From a virus (taxonomy: Duplodnaviria > Caudoviricetes): 64,000 bases of DNA. Both the position numbers and the translations under genes were made by a program. Location: positions 5,062 through 69,061 of IMG/VR virus record IMGVR_UViG_3300027419_000030, one strand, 5' to 3'. This document shows positions 1 through 9,730 of the stretch, one piece after another (positions within the stretch are counted from its first letter, which is position 1; the number at the start of each line of letters is the position of its first letter). Under the pieces are notes generated by a model. It ran no database searches and was not told the DNA's origin. It was given only the letters and a program-made list of their open reading frames with translations.

Positions 1-45
1 GAAAACTTATATGACAACACGGTAAACACAATAAAAGAAATACCA

Positions 46-471
46 TTGATGACATATAAATTAGAATTTATGATTTATAACGAACCATGCACACATACCA
101 TAATAAAAGAAGGAAGATGCAAAAAGTGTGGAAGAATAGTATCAAAAACAAATTGCGACCATGAAAAACACATAGACGAGGAAAAATTAATACAATTATA
201 CACAACAACAAATAAAACGATAAAAGAATTATCAGTAATATTTAAAATATCTGAAACAACTATATACAATAAACTAAAAAAACTAGGAATAAAAACAAAT
301 ACAAAAACAGGAATAAATATAACAAAATTGAAGAAAGTTGAAATAGATAAACAATGGTTAGAGAAACAACACATAACAAACAAAAAAACACAATATGAAA
401 TAGCAGATATACTAAATACATCACAACCAACGATATCAAAAAAGTTAAAGCAATACAATATAAAAAAATAA
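46..471 (+). CDS. DNA-binding protein with N-terminal Cys/His cluster and two tandem HTH motifs
   Basis: Two HTH-like segments (TIKELSVIFKISETTIYNKLKKLGI; TQYEIADILNTSQPTISKKLKQYNI); CxH..CKKC..C motif. Confidence 0.55.
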   Translation: MMTYKLEFMIYNEPCTHTIIKEGRCKKCGRIVSKTNCDHEKHIDEEKLIQLYTTTNKTIKELSVIFKISETTIYNKLKKLGIKTNTKTGINITKLKKVEIDKQWLEKQHITNKKTQYEIADILNTSQPTISKKLKQYNIKK

Positions 472-474
472 ATT

Positions 475-500
475 AGCGCCTCGCCTGCAGGCGAGGCGCT
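475..500. repeat. Perfect 26-bp palindrome AGCGCCTCGCCTGCAGGCGAGGCGCT, representative of the dispersed GC-hairpin family
   Basis: Directly visible; followed by TTAAGGAGG RBS of thyA. Confidence 0.95.
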
Positions 501-513
501 TTAAGGAGGAAAA

Positions 514-1260
514 ATGAAACTATCTAAGACCAACAGGGTAAGAAGTACAAATTTACAGAATGCATGGTATGAAGCAATCAAATTTGTACTATCAGATGGG
601 ATAGATCTCTGCTTCGGCTCGCCAAGCGAGCCAAAACATTGTAAGGACACAATACAAGAAGTAATTTTAACAGGACACGCACTAAGACAAATTGAAGATC
701 ATATAGTACATCCACAATACAAATTCGGTGGAAATTTACTGGAAGAATATTGCAAGGAATTTACAAGAGAATTTTTAACAGAATACTACAAAAAAGAAAT
801 AAACGAGAGATTTGATTATTTATACTACGACAGATTAACAGAATATGCAGGAGTAAGTGATCATGAAGGACCAATAAATCAATTACATAATATGAAAGAA
901 TTGCTGAAATCACAAATAGATTCAGAAATGGCATCAAATTTCTGCCAAGCAATTACATGGGAAGCAGAAAGAGATGGAACTTATGATACAACATCGCCTT
1001 GCCTGCAACGAATTTGGATGCGTTGGTATAAACCAAATATAATTGATGTACATTACTCGTGGAGATCGCGTGATTTATACGGAGCATGGCCTAGTAACAT
1101 AGTAGCATTAACAGAAATGCTAAATAGAGAAGTAATAGCACCAAATTCGTGTATAATTGGGAGGATCATAGACTACTCAGATTCTTTACACATCTACGAT
1201 TACGACTTAAAAGAAGCAAGAAAAGTAAAAGAAATACCAGAATTTCACGGAGTTATTTAA
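514..1260 (+). CDS. thyA: Thymidylate synthase, archaeal ThyA type
   Basis: Catalytic PCLQ, RSRD..GAWPSN (Asn typical of dUMP specificity), DSLHIY; GGAGG RBS. Confidence 0.88.
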   Translation: MKLSKTNRVRSTNLQNAWYEAIKFVLSDGIDLCFGSPSEPKHCKDTIQEVILTGHALRQIEDHIVHPQYKFGGNLLEEYCKEFTREFLTEYYKKEINERFDYLYYDRLTEYAGVSDHEGPINQLHNMKELLKSQIDSEMASNFCQAITWEAERDGTYDTTSPCLQRIWMRWYKPNIIDVHYSWRSRDLYGAWPSNIVALTEMLNREVIAPNSCIIGRIIDYSDSLHIYDYDLKEARKVKEIPEFHGVI

Positions 1261-1485
1261 ATGAAAACAAAAGAATTACAAGCAAAAGAACGAAAAAATG
1301 CAATGAATAAATGGATAGCATACAACGAAGATAAAACAAAAACAAAATTAACAATTGAAGAAATAGATGCATTTGAAACAGGATTCAATATGGGATGGAA
1401 AAGAAGACCAGCAAAAATACTATTAGAAGGAGAAATAGTAATAAGACACATAAAAGGAATACTTAAAAAGAAGGAACAAAAATGA
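1261..1485 (+). CDS. Hypothetical protein
   Basis: Abuts thyA; codon bias matches neighbours; ATGA overlap with next gene. Confidence 0.5.
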   Translation: MKTKELQAKERKNAMNKWIAYNEDKTKTKLTIEEIDAFETGFNMGWKRRPAKILLEGEIVIRHIKGILKKKEQK

Positions 1486-1955
1486 TTAATTACGGAAAAA
1501 TACTATTAATGCACGAAAAAGACAATCCATCAACTTTTTTACGTGCAACTTACTTGTTTAGCAACGTTGGAGATTTAGTTAAGTGCTACGGAAGAAGCAT
1601 TAGATTTCCAGAAGACAAAAAATTATATGAAGCAGAAATGAAATTAGCAATTGCAGATATTTTAATGCAGTGCAGAATGGGATTGGAAGAAAAAGGATAT
1701 AAACAAATAGAAATAAGCAAATTGGACACAAAAAATGAAACCATAGAAGAATCAATAAGAATCGTAGCATTTAATGCAGGAGGTATTGTATATGAAGATA
1801 AACACATGAGTTTACCGGGAAATCTAATAAGAATAATAATAGAATGTTATGTACTATGCGAATTACTAGGAGAAAAAGGAGAAGATATAGAACATTTAGG
1901 ATTTATACACGTAATGGAACGATTTCAAGAATTCGAAAGAAGAGGATGGAAATGA
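1482..1955 (+). CDS. Possible degenerate MazG-like all-alpha NTP pyrophosphatase
   Basis: NVGDLVK...EMKLAIADILMQ resembles the MazG ExGEL...ELAD pattern; lies between thyA and polB. Confidence 0.35.
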   Translation: MINYGKILLMHEKDNPSTFLRATYLFSNVGDLVKCYGRSIRFPEDKKLYEAEMKLAIADILMQCRMGLEEKGYKQIEISKLDTKNETIEESIRIVAFNAGGIVYEDKHMSLPGNLIRIIIECYVLCELLGEKGEDIEHLGFIHVMERFQEFERRGWK

Positions 1956-4498
1956 AAATACAAATTTTAGATGCAAATTACAAATACGACGAAAAAAGAA
2001 ATCCAATAATACAACTTTTTGGAAAACTTTCAAATGGAGAAAGCATAACAAAGAAAATAACAGGATTTAGACCCTATTTCTATTGCGGCCTCTCGCGAGA
2101 GGCCGCAGTAGAGGAAGTTAAAGACGAGTTAGTTAATATGGGAGTAGATATAGAAGAAGTACAGCGATACGAATCGATAGGCTACCAGACTTCTAAGAAA
2201 CTTATGCTTAAAGTAATAGCAATTGATCCTAAAGAAGTAAGATCACTAAGGGAACGAGTAAAAAAGATCAACGGAATAGAAGAAGTATTCGAAACGGATA
2301 TACTTTTCAAAAACCGTTTCATGATAGACAAAAATTTAGGCGGAATGAAGTGGGCAGAAGTACCAAACCAAGAAGAATTTACAGAATCAGAAATTAAATC
2401 ACTAGAAATAAAAGAAAACATGCCACTACGACTAATGAGCATAGATATAGAATGCCTACCAAAACAAAACGGCGCTATGCCAACATCATCAGAAGATCCT
2501 ATCATTCTAACGAGCCTCGCTTTCAGCGAGGCTTATAATGAAACAACGAACTTAGTTCTAGTAGGAAAATTAACCAACCAAAGTTCTGAGAATACGCTCT
2601 CGTTCGCAAACGAGAGCGAATTGTTGGAAAATTTAATGTTAATAATAGAAGATTACGATCCTGATATGATTGTAGGATATAACTCGAATGAATTCGATTT
2701 TCCATATATGGAAACACGCGCAAAAAAGCTAGGTATACGAGCTTCCATCGGGCGCGATGGAAGCTCTCTTTACACTAAGAAAATTGTACTTAACACGAAT
2801 GTAATGGTAACTGGTAGAGTCATTATTGATCTATTGCCTATTTTAAGAAGCTCTAATGAGGATAAGTACAAATTCAAAAGTTACACGCTTAAAAATGTAG
2901 CAAAAAAACTACTAAAGCTTGAAAAACTTGATGTGGACCCAAAAGAAATGAGAGGATTATGGGAAAATGAAGGAGAAGATTTAAAGAATTTCATAGAATA
3001 CTCTAGGAGAGATGCTGTAATCACACTGGACCTGCTACTAGAAATGAAATTAGTAGAAAGATATACAGAAATGGCTAAAGCAAGCGGATCACTATTACAA
3101 GACATAGCAAATGGTGGACAATCTGGAATGATTGAGAACCTATTGCTACGCAGGTTTAAATCACACGATAGAGTAGTACCACCAAAGCCAGATTCAGAAA
3201 CTTCAGATGAAAGATTCGATGATAGCGAATCACTAAAAGGAGGAGCAGTATTAGACCCAGAAAAGGGACTAGTAGAAGATATAATTATATTAGATTATAA
3301 ATCTCTATACCCAACATTAATGATGGCATACAATATATGCTATTCAACAATTTCAAACTCGCCTTCAGGCGAGTTTGAAGGAGTAAAAGCACCAATGGGG
3401 GGAGGAGAATTTGTAAAAACAGAAACATTGAAAGGAATAGTACCAGAAATTTTAGAAGAATTATTGGATAAAAGAATAAAAATTAAAAAACAAATGAAAT
3501 TGGCAACAGGAGCACAAAAGGAATTACTGGATGCAGAACAATATGCAATAAAAATACTTCTAAACAGCTTCTATGGGTATTCAGGATACCAGAGAGCTAG
3601 ATTATACGACCTAAGAATAGCAAACGCAGTAACTAGCTTCGGAAGAGAAAACATTAAAAAAACAACAGACTTAATAAACGAGATGGAAAAAATAGATGAA
3701 TATTCATTCAGAGTAATATACTCCGATACAGATAGCGTATTTATTAAAGTAATAAGCAAAGAAAACAAAATTTCATTGGAAAAAGCAGAAAAATTGGGAG
3801 ATATAATAGGAAAAGAAATAACTAAAAACTTGCCAGAACCAATGGAACTGGTGTATGAAACATTTGCAAGAAGAGGAATATTGCTTGCAAAGAAAAGATA
3901 TGCAATGTGGATTTTTGATAAAACAAGAAAAGGATATGAAGATAAATTAAAAATAAAAGGAATAGAAACAGTACGAAGGGACTGGTGTAATTTAACTTCA
4001 AACACACTAAAAACATGCTTAGATTTAATCTTAAAGGAAGGGAAAATAGCAGAAGCAATTGCATTAGCAAAAGAGAAAGTAGAAAGACTACAAAACTTTA
4101 ACTTAACCAAGGATTCGAGCTTGCTCGAAGACTTGGTGATCACGAAACGATATACGAAAGGAGCAAAAGCATATAAGAACAAACAGCCACATATACAATT
4201 AGTAGAACGAATGAAAGAAAGAGGAGACACACCACCAAACATAGGAGATAGAGTACCATACATTATAATACGTGGAAAATCTGGAGGTAAAAGACAAAAG
4301 GATCTATTTGTAAATCGCGCAGAAGATCCAAACTACATAATAAAACACGGAATTCAAATAGACACAGAATATTACATAAACAAACAATTGCTTCCACCAC
4401 TATTAAGAATATTTTCCACTTTAAACTCTGCCGCGCCAACAGGCGCGGCAGAGTTTGTAATAAAAGATAGAAAACAAAAAACTTTGGAGGATTGGTAA
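1952..4498 (+). CDS. polB: Family B DNA polymerase, archaeal cellular type, with 3'-5' exonuclease and C-terminal PIP box; no intein
   Basis: ExoI SIDIEC, ExoII GYNSNEFDFPY, DYKSLYP, KILLNSFYGY, YSDTDS, KKRYA, KGIETVRRDW, C-terminal QKTLEDW; start placed at the ATG overlapping the upstream TGA. Confidence 0.97.
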   Translation: MKIQILDANYKYDEKRNPIIQLFGKLSNGESITKKITGFRPYFYCGLSREAAVEEVKDELVNMGVDIEEVQRYESIGYQTSKKLMLKVIAIDPKEVRSLRERVKKINGIEEVFETDILFKNRFMIDKNLGGMKWAEVPNQEEFTESEIKSLEIKENMPLRLMSIDIECLPKQNGAMPTSSEDPIILTSLAFSEAYNETTNLVLVGKLTNQSSENTLSFANESELLENLMLIIEDYDPDMIVGYNSNEFDFPYMETRAKKLGIRASIGRDGSSLYTKKIVLNTNVMVTGRVIIDLLPILRSSNEDKYKFKSYTLKNVAKKLLKLEKLDVDPKEMRGLWENEGEDLKNFIEYSRRDAVITLDLLLEMKLVERYTEMAKASGSLLQDIANGGQSGMIENLLLRRFKSHDRVVPPKPDSETSDERFDDSESLKGGAVLDPEKGLVEDIIILDYKSLYPTLMMAYNICYSTISNSPSGEFEGVKAPMGGGEFVKTETLKGIVPEILEELLDKRIKIKKQMKLATGAQKELLDAEQYAIKILLNSFYGYSGYQRARLYDLRIANAVTSFGRENIKKTTDLINEMEKIDEYSFRVIYSDTDSVFIKVISKENKISLEKAEKLGDIIGKEITKNLPEPMELVYETFARRGILLAKKRYAMWIFDKTRKGYEDKLKIKGIETVRRDWCNLTSNTLKTCLDLILKEGKIAEAIALAKEKVERLQNFNLTKDSSLLEDLVITKRYTKGAKAYKNKQPHIQLVERMKERGDTPPNIGDRVPYIIIRGKSGGKRQKDLFVNRAEDPNYIIKHGIQIDTEYYINKQLLPPLLRIFSTLNSAAPTGAAEFVIKDRKQKTLEDW

Positions 4499-4500
4499 TT

Positions 4501-4565
4501 GCGCCGCGCCAGTTGGCGCGGCGCTTTTAGGAACCACCCGCACGCGAGGCGCGCGGGTTTTTTTT
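4501..4565 (+). terminator. Double hairpin followed by T-run downstream of polB
   Basis: GCGCCGCGCCA-GT-TGGCGCGGCGC, then imperfect CCCGC..GCGGG and T8; between convergent genes. Confidence 0.55.
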
Positions 4566-4870
4566 CACTTCGGCCAGATAAACCAAAATACGTATCTTGC
4601 AGCGAAATCGACAACTGTGAAACCACCAGCAAGAGCTATAAGAGCTTTGATGTTATTAGAATCTTTAACCAAATTCCAGCCACATTTTGAAACTCGGAAA
4701 AAAAGCAAATAATTATCGGTTTCACGTTGCTTTGATTCGATACGAGACATGCAACTACATACAATAGACATTTGATTAAGAATAGCTGTTAATATCTGCG
4801 GAACGTGTTCTTGATCTATAGTTGTAGGATCTATGCCTTCAAGGAAATTCGTAGTATGATTAGATGACAT
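4565..4870 (-). CDS. Hypothetical protein
   Basis: AGGAG RBS before ATG at 4870. Confidence 0.45.
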   Translation of the reverse strand: MSSNHTTNFLEGIDPTTIDQEHVPQILTAILNQMSIVCSCMSRIESKQRETDNYLLFFRVSKCGWNLVKDSNNIKALIALAGGFTVVDFAARYVFWFIWPK

Positions 4871-4884
4871 GGCAACTCCTAAAT

Positions 4885-5124
4885 TCACTTCTTTGCTCCA
4901 ATAAACGCACCCAACAAGAATATCGCGAGATCTTTGATAACATTAACATAAGTTAAATCGCGACCAAAATAAGCAGAAACAATATCAGTGAAAACGAGTG
5001 CAATCAACAGCAATACAAGCAATGAATAGAACCGGAATCCACTGGTTTTCCATCCATTGATATCCATAGTTCCTTCGACGAATGACACCTCAACAGGAAC
5101 ATCAAAGGGAATTTCTTCAGCCAT
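4885..5124 (-). CDS. Small two-TM membrane protein (holin-like or virion membrane protein)
   Basis: Two hydrophobic helices (FYSLLVLLLIALVFT; VIKDLAIFLLGAFIG) and basic C-terminus. Confidence 0.55.
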   Translation of the reverse strand: MAEEIPFDVPVEVSFVEGTMDINGWKTSGFRFYSLLVLLLIALVFTDIVSAYFGRDLTYVNVIKDLAIFLLGAFIGAKK

Positions 5125-5132
5125 ACAATGAA

Positions 5133-5348
5133 ATGAGAATTACAAGTATAAAAAATGAAGTGATCGAAAAAGTAAAGTATGAACTAATCGAACCACGCCA
5201 ACAAGATTTATTTCGGAGCTTGGAAGATCTAGCCAGCTTCAAGCAAGATGGCCGACGCATCGGCCAAAAGAAGGCCGAGGCCATAATAAATCTGCTGCAT
5301 TCGGAAAGGCCGAGCAAGAATGATCCACATATCAAGGAGAGAGCATGA
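5133..5348 (+). CDS. Small helix-hairpin-helix-like protein, possibly a fragment
   Basis: FRSLEDLA...RIGQKKAEAI resembles XPF/Hef/UvrC C-terminal HhH. Confidence 0.35.
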   Translation: MRITSIKNEVIEKVKYELIEPRQQDLFRSLEDLASFKQDGRRIGQKKAEAIINLLHSERPSKNDPHIKERA

Positions 5349-5360
5349 TTCCAAAACGCT

Positions 5361-7118
5361 TCACGTTACGACTCCGATCAAGTTAATCTCAGAAAATGCA
5401 ATCGTGTTGCCAATGGTGGTTTGTGGCACCACTTGTATCGAAATAATGTTACTGGTTTTCCAATCGGTGCCACCAGCAGCCAAAGCCCACATGTCGGCAT
5501 ACAAGTCGCACCATGCGCTAGTGTCGACGGCGACCGGATATCGCAATGGGGTGGTATAGTAGTAACTTGTGCTAACAGTTGGATGGGCCGCGGTAGTGTA
5601 ATAGATACGAAATCCTCCGTAGGTGGGATATCCATGAATATATTTATATTTAATATGCACATATCGCATGAATAACCCTGGATAGGAAGTGGTATTAATA
5701 TTGATTTTGGGGTACGCGCTCGTCGAGGACGTTAATTGTATTGTACCATTCGGCGCATACGTAATTGTAGCATCTTCCGCCACTAATCCAGTGCGATTTT
5801 GCCAGTCGAAATGCAATAACCTTTTTGTATATCTAGCGGTTTGAGTTACATCGTTGGGTATTCCAGACATATTAAAGTTGTTGCGAGAGATAGTATCTTT
5901 CCCAGATCCTCGTATAATTATAGAATATGGACGTTTGCACTCATTATCCTCGATAATGGTGGAATCGGCGTTAGAGCCCGTGATGATATGATATGGCACG
6001 GTGGATGAAGCACTTCCACCGAAATGGCATCCCCGGATAATATTTTCAAATCCACTGTTTACGGTGGCGATGGGATGTCCACCATCCACTCTCTGCACAT
6101 CGCACCTGTCGATGAGATTATTCGCAGGGCCAGAAGCATTCGTTCCACCGGAGATATTGATGTTATATGCAGTCCCGACATCTTCAAAATAACTTCGATA
6201 GATTGTGTTATATGATGGCGCATAGGTAGACAATGATGCATTTTTCAGGATTAACAAATTGCCAATATCGTTACCCTCCAGTTCCATGTAGCTGAATGAG
6301 TTCGAAGTACCTTCCTCGATCAAGAGTCCATAGTCATTATCATTGGCCATGCAATGCAAAAATGTATTTTCTATATTAGCTCCATATTTCATGGATGTTA
6401 ATTTCATCGCATATATATTATCCCTGAAATATGAGTTCTCAAATGAATTCAATATGCAGAAATCATCGAGTATGAGTCCATTTCTGCAATTATAAATTTT
6501 TACCGAATCAAGGATCTTGGTTCGGATGGTGTAATTCAATCTGACCCCATCGACAGACTTATCAATCCCATTAATGCCGAGATGCTTAATTTCCATTCCA
6601 CGCCAATCACTATTAGTTGTGCCGTTAAATCTACAATCGAATATAGGTCTGGTAAGTCCAGTACCTTTCGCGATGATCGTGCCGGTGTAACCCTGGCCCT
6701 CAAATATCATCTGTTTATATCTATATTTTGACTGGTTTATCGAGGTACTGCAATAGAATGTCCCGTATCCGATATCAAGCTTGTTTACGCCAGTCGTCTC
6801 ATAAGCATGCATTGCCAATTTGCCGAAGTCATCGGTCTGATTAATTAAGCACCCGGTCGCATTAAACAACAAATACATACCGGAGCGGGATATGACTTGG
6901 CAACTGACCGGCTTGGTGGAATTATAATCGTCTAACAAGCGGCCATTGAAGTCGATATCACTACCAGAGGCATCGAAAGTCAAATTACTGACATTTTTTA
7001 TGTCATGACCCTGCATATCATTATCACCAATGAAAGTAGTACCGGGCTGCGTCCATGCACTAACAATTCCAAACATCGATACGACGATTGATAATAACAC
7101 AACAAGTTTTTTAATCAT
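5361..7118 (-). CDS. Signal-peptide-bearing parallel beta-helix (pectate-lyase-like) protein, spike or surface protein
   Basis: N-terminal MIKKLVVLLSIVVSMFGIVSA; repeated I/L-x-N-C/S beta-helix coils; aromatic-rich C-terminal beta domain. Confidence 0.7.
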   Translation of the reverse strand: MIKKLVVLLSIVVSMFGIVSAWTQPGTTFIGDNDMQGHDIKNVSNLTFDASGSDIDFNGRLLDDYNSTKPVSCQVISRSGMYLLFNATGCLINQTDDFGKLAMHAYETTGVNKLDIGYGTFYCSTSINQSKYRYKQMIFEGQGYTGTIIAKGTGLTRPIFDCRFNGTTNSDWRGMEIKHLGINGIDKSVDGVRLNYTIRTKILDSVKIYNCRNGLILDDFCILNSFENSYFRDNIYAMKLTSMKYGANIENTFLHCMANDNDYGLLIEEGTSNSFSYMELEGNDIGNLLILKNASLSTYAPSYNTIYRSYFEDVGTAYNINISGGTNASGPANNLIDRCDVQRVDGGHPIATVNSGFENIIRGCHFGGSASSTVPYHIITGSNADSTIIEDNECKRPYSIIIRGSGKDTISRNNFNMSGIPNDVTQTARYTKRLLHFDWQNRTGLVAEDATITYAPNGTIQLTSSTSAYPKININTTSYPGLFMRYVHIKYKYIHGYPTYGGFRIYYTTAAHPTVSTSYYYTTPLRYPVAVDTSAWCDLYADMWALAAGGTDWKTSNIISIQVVPQTTIGNTIAFSEINLIGVVT

Positions 7119-8020
7119 TTAAATGCACCCCATTTAAAGTTAGCATTACTACTTAGAGTAACGCCACCAACAAATCTAACAACAAACTCAGTAGAAGTAA
7201 TATCAGAATCAAGGATCTGAATAGGAGCCTCACATCCAAGGCCAGGAGAAACAGAAACATGAAGAGGAACAGAACCACATAAATGGGTAACATGTACATG
7301 ATCTTGTCCAGCTAAAATTGTACCAGAACCATTATTAAATGCGCCGACAAAAGCACACCAAGAAATTTCGGCATCACCAGCAAGAATAACACCACCAACA
7401 AATCTGATAATAAATTCGGTATCAGTTATTTCAGAATCGAGGATTTGAACAAATGCTTCACATCCAAGACCAGGAATGAATGAAATAAAATTCGGAATTG
7501 AACCACATGAATGCAAAACATGAACATGATCGGAACCAGCAGGAATAGTAGCAATACCAGGAATAATGGAAGTAATTGCGGCAGCAGAAGGACCAGGAAT
7601 ACCAGCATAATTTTTCCAAAGACCAACAAAATCAGAAGCTATGGGAGGAGAAAGGGGAGAAGCTGTAGTCTTAAATGCAACATAGTCAAGACCTGATCCA
7701 GGTACAAGGGAAAAATCAGTACCAATATCATCGGAAGCAAATGCAACATAAGAATAAGAAGAGGAACCAGAAGAACCGGGAACACCTTGACCTCCTTGAA
7801 CGCCTTGAGTACCTTTATAATTTTTCCAAAGTCCTACAAAATCGCCAACCGCCGGAGTAAGAACGGAATAAGAAACTTTGAGAGCTACATAATCAAGAAG
7901 AGGATCAAACGTCGTAGTAAAATCAGTTCCAACATCATCAGAGGCCCATGCAATATAGAGATAAGCAGGAGCACCAGGAGCACCCTGAGCTATTGTAACT
8001 GGATTACTAAAGAGCACCAT
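7115..8020 (-). CDS. Fibre/receptor-binding protein with internal duplications and short collagen-like linker
   Basis: Two copies of YxAx-ASDDxGTDF...DFVGLWKNY, GTQGVQGGQG linker, two C-terminal copies of DHVHV..CGS.P...PGLGCEA..QILDS; start placed at ATG 8020. Confidence 0.65.
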   Translation of the reverse strand: MVLFSNPVTIAQGAPGAPAYLYIAWASDDVGTDFTTTFDPLLDYVALKVSYSVLTPAVGDFVGLWKNYKGTQGVQGGQGVPGSSGSSSYSYVAFASDDIGTDFSLVPGSGLDYVAFKTTASPLSPPIASDFVGLWKNYAGIPGPSAAAITSIIPGIATIPAGSDHVHVLHSCGSIPNFISFIPGLGCEAFVQILDSEITDTEFIIRFVGGVILAGDAEISWCAFVGAFNNGSGTILAGQDHVHVTHLCGSVPLHVSVSPGLGCEAPIQILDSDITSTEFVVRFVGGVTLSSNANFKWGAFK

Positions 8021-8076
8021 ATAAAAGAAAGTAGAGATCCCCAAATTTAAATACCTTCGCAATACAAAAGAAATAT

Positions 8077-9546
8077 GTGCCTCTACCAATTGACCAAGGA
8101 AACGCATTGCCATCGATGATACAAGAATTTGATGGATTTTCTACGGACACGGTAGACACGAATAGGTGGGATACGCCAACAGTTGTTGGATCGACGGCGA
8201 TCCAACAATCGGGGGGAGAACTTGTTTTTTCAAATAATGGAACAGGAACAAAAGGAATTTCTTACGTAGAAACTATACGAAAATTCGGAAAAAATTGGAG
8301 AAAATCAGTAGATCTTAAATTGGCAACAACAACTGGCGCAAGTGGAGAAATTTCATTAGTTTTATACAAGGACGCAAACAACTACATCAAAATGGGACCG
8401 TATAAATCTGCTACAGTAGATTGTAATGCATATCTAAGGTATAAAGTAGCAGGTAGCGCAGAACAATTAGTACCTTTAACTTCAGATGTAGTAAACAATG
8501 CAGAATTTAGCACATATACATTCGGAATAATAAGCGATACCATACTTTGTTATTATGATGGAATTTTAGTAACTTCTATTCCATTTGGAACAATGTTTAA
8601 TTTCACAGCAAGAATAGAAGCAGGGACAGGAGCAAATACGGACACATTAAGTGCAAAAGCAGATGATTATGAAACATTAAATCATTTAGATACGCTTCTG
8701 ATTACAATAGGGGCAATAGTAAAAGATATTCATGATACTATGGGAACTTCTATGGTAACAGACATTAGCGGAAATATAACTTTAACAGATACTACAGAAG
8801 TGTTCGTAACTTTTACGCAAGCAACCTACGGAACCAAGTTTCGCATAAATCTTTTTGGAGATTTAGAAGGGCAAAGGATAGATTCGGCGGGTTTAACTCC
8901 AAACGGCGGAGCTTTCGTAGATTATACTGCAATGGCTAACAATTTAGTGTCAAATTCCATTCCATTAGTAAATACTCCAACAGCGGGAGATTGTTTCTAT
9001 TTCAAATCATTAACACAATTCCATTCTTTAGATGTTTACATGGAAAGTGGCGCAGGAAACACGGATAATACAATAATTTGGGAATATTGGAATGGTTCAG
9101 CATGGGCAACACTAACGCCTACATCCGATGGAACCGTATATAATACATATAAATTCGGAAAAAGTGGTAGAGTAATTTGGGCAACTAATACCACGCTCTT
9201 ATCTGGTTACTACCAGATAAGAGCAAGAGTAACTACGGCAGGAACTTCAAAGCCTGTAGCAACGCACATTCAAGCTAATGTAGATGGAGAAACAGGATTT
9301 GATGCATTAGCAAGCGCTTTTAGTACACTTACGCTTTCGATTTATCGAAAGCGTGGTGATGGTTCATATGCATCAATGCCAACAGAAGTAGGATTACCAT
9401 ACACACAATGCATATTATACAGAAATTTAGCAATAACCGATTTACCGGCATGGTCCGATATAAAAATTGGCCTGAAGCTGTCGGCTGCGCCGACAGCTCA
9501 AATAACTATTCCATACAACGGATTTATTGAGACGATAGAAGTTTAG
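8077..9546 (+). CDS. Virion beta-rich protein (lectin/ConA-like domains), oriented opposite to neighbours
   Basis: Thr/Gly/aromatic-rich all-beta composition; GTG start; divergent from 8020. Confidence 0.55.
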   Translation: MPLPIDQGNALPSMIQEFDGFSTDTVDTNRWDTPTVVGSTAIQQSGGELVFSNNGTGTKGISYVETIRKFGKNWRKSVDLKLATTTGASGEISLVLYKDANNYIKMGPYKSATVDCNAYLRYKVAGSAEQLVPLTSDVVNNAEFSTYTFGIISDTILCYYDGILVTSIPFGTMFNFTARIEAGTGANTDTLSAKADDYETLNHLDTLLITIGAIVKDIHDTMGTSMVTDISGNITLTDTTEVFVTFTQATYGTKFRINLFGDLEGQRIDSAGLTPNGGAFVDYTAMANNLVSNSIPLVNTPTAGDCFYFKSLTQFHSLDVYMESGAGNTDNTIIWEYWNGSAWATLTPTSDGTVYNTYKFGKSGRVIWATNTTLLSGYYQIRARVTTAGTSKPVATHIQANVDGETGFDALASAFSTLTLSIYRKRGDGSYASMPTEVGLPYTQCILYRNLAITDLPAWSDIKIGLKLSAAPTAQITIPYNGFIETIEV

Positions 9547-9730
9547 TACCAAATTTTTTAAACAATTCATCAATATCTACTCCATAGGGAGTAGATTTTT
9601 CAACAGACTCAAGAATAGATTTAGAAATCTCTAACTCCTCTGGCGAAGCCAGAGGAGAAGAAGTAATTTTATTGGAAGGAACTACGATACCGAACGGAGG
9701 GAAGGATCGCGGGACAGATGGTTGAGACAT
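9524..9730 (-). CDS. Hypothetical protein
   Basis: Fills the gap after the large fibre gene; overlaps its end. Confidence 0.35.
   Translation of the reverse strand: MSQPSVPRSFPPFGIVVPSNKITSSPLASPEELEISKSILESVEKSTPYGVDIDELFKKFGTKLLSSQ

Noticed and set aside
1844-1951. N-terminal extension of PolB given in the ORF track
   Set aside because: Overlaps the upstream gene; PolB homology begins at MKIQILDANY with ATGA coupling at 1952.
1952-4498. Intein in PolB
   Set aside because: Normal length with contiguous motifs; no splicing signatures.
8020-9560. Invertible fibre-gene cassette (8077-9546 is flipped)
   Set aside because: No convincing flanking inverted repeats or invertase seen; a divergent promoter explains the orientation.
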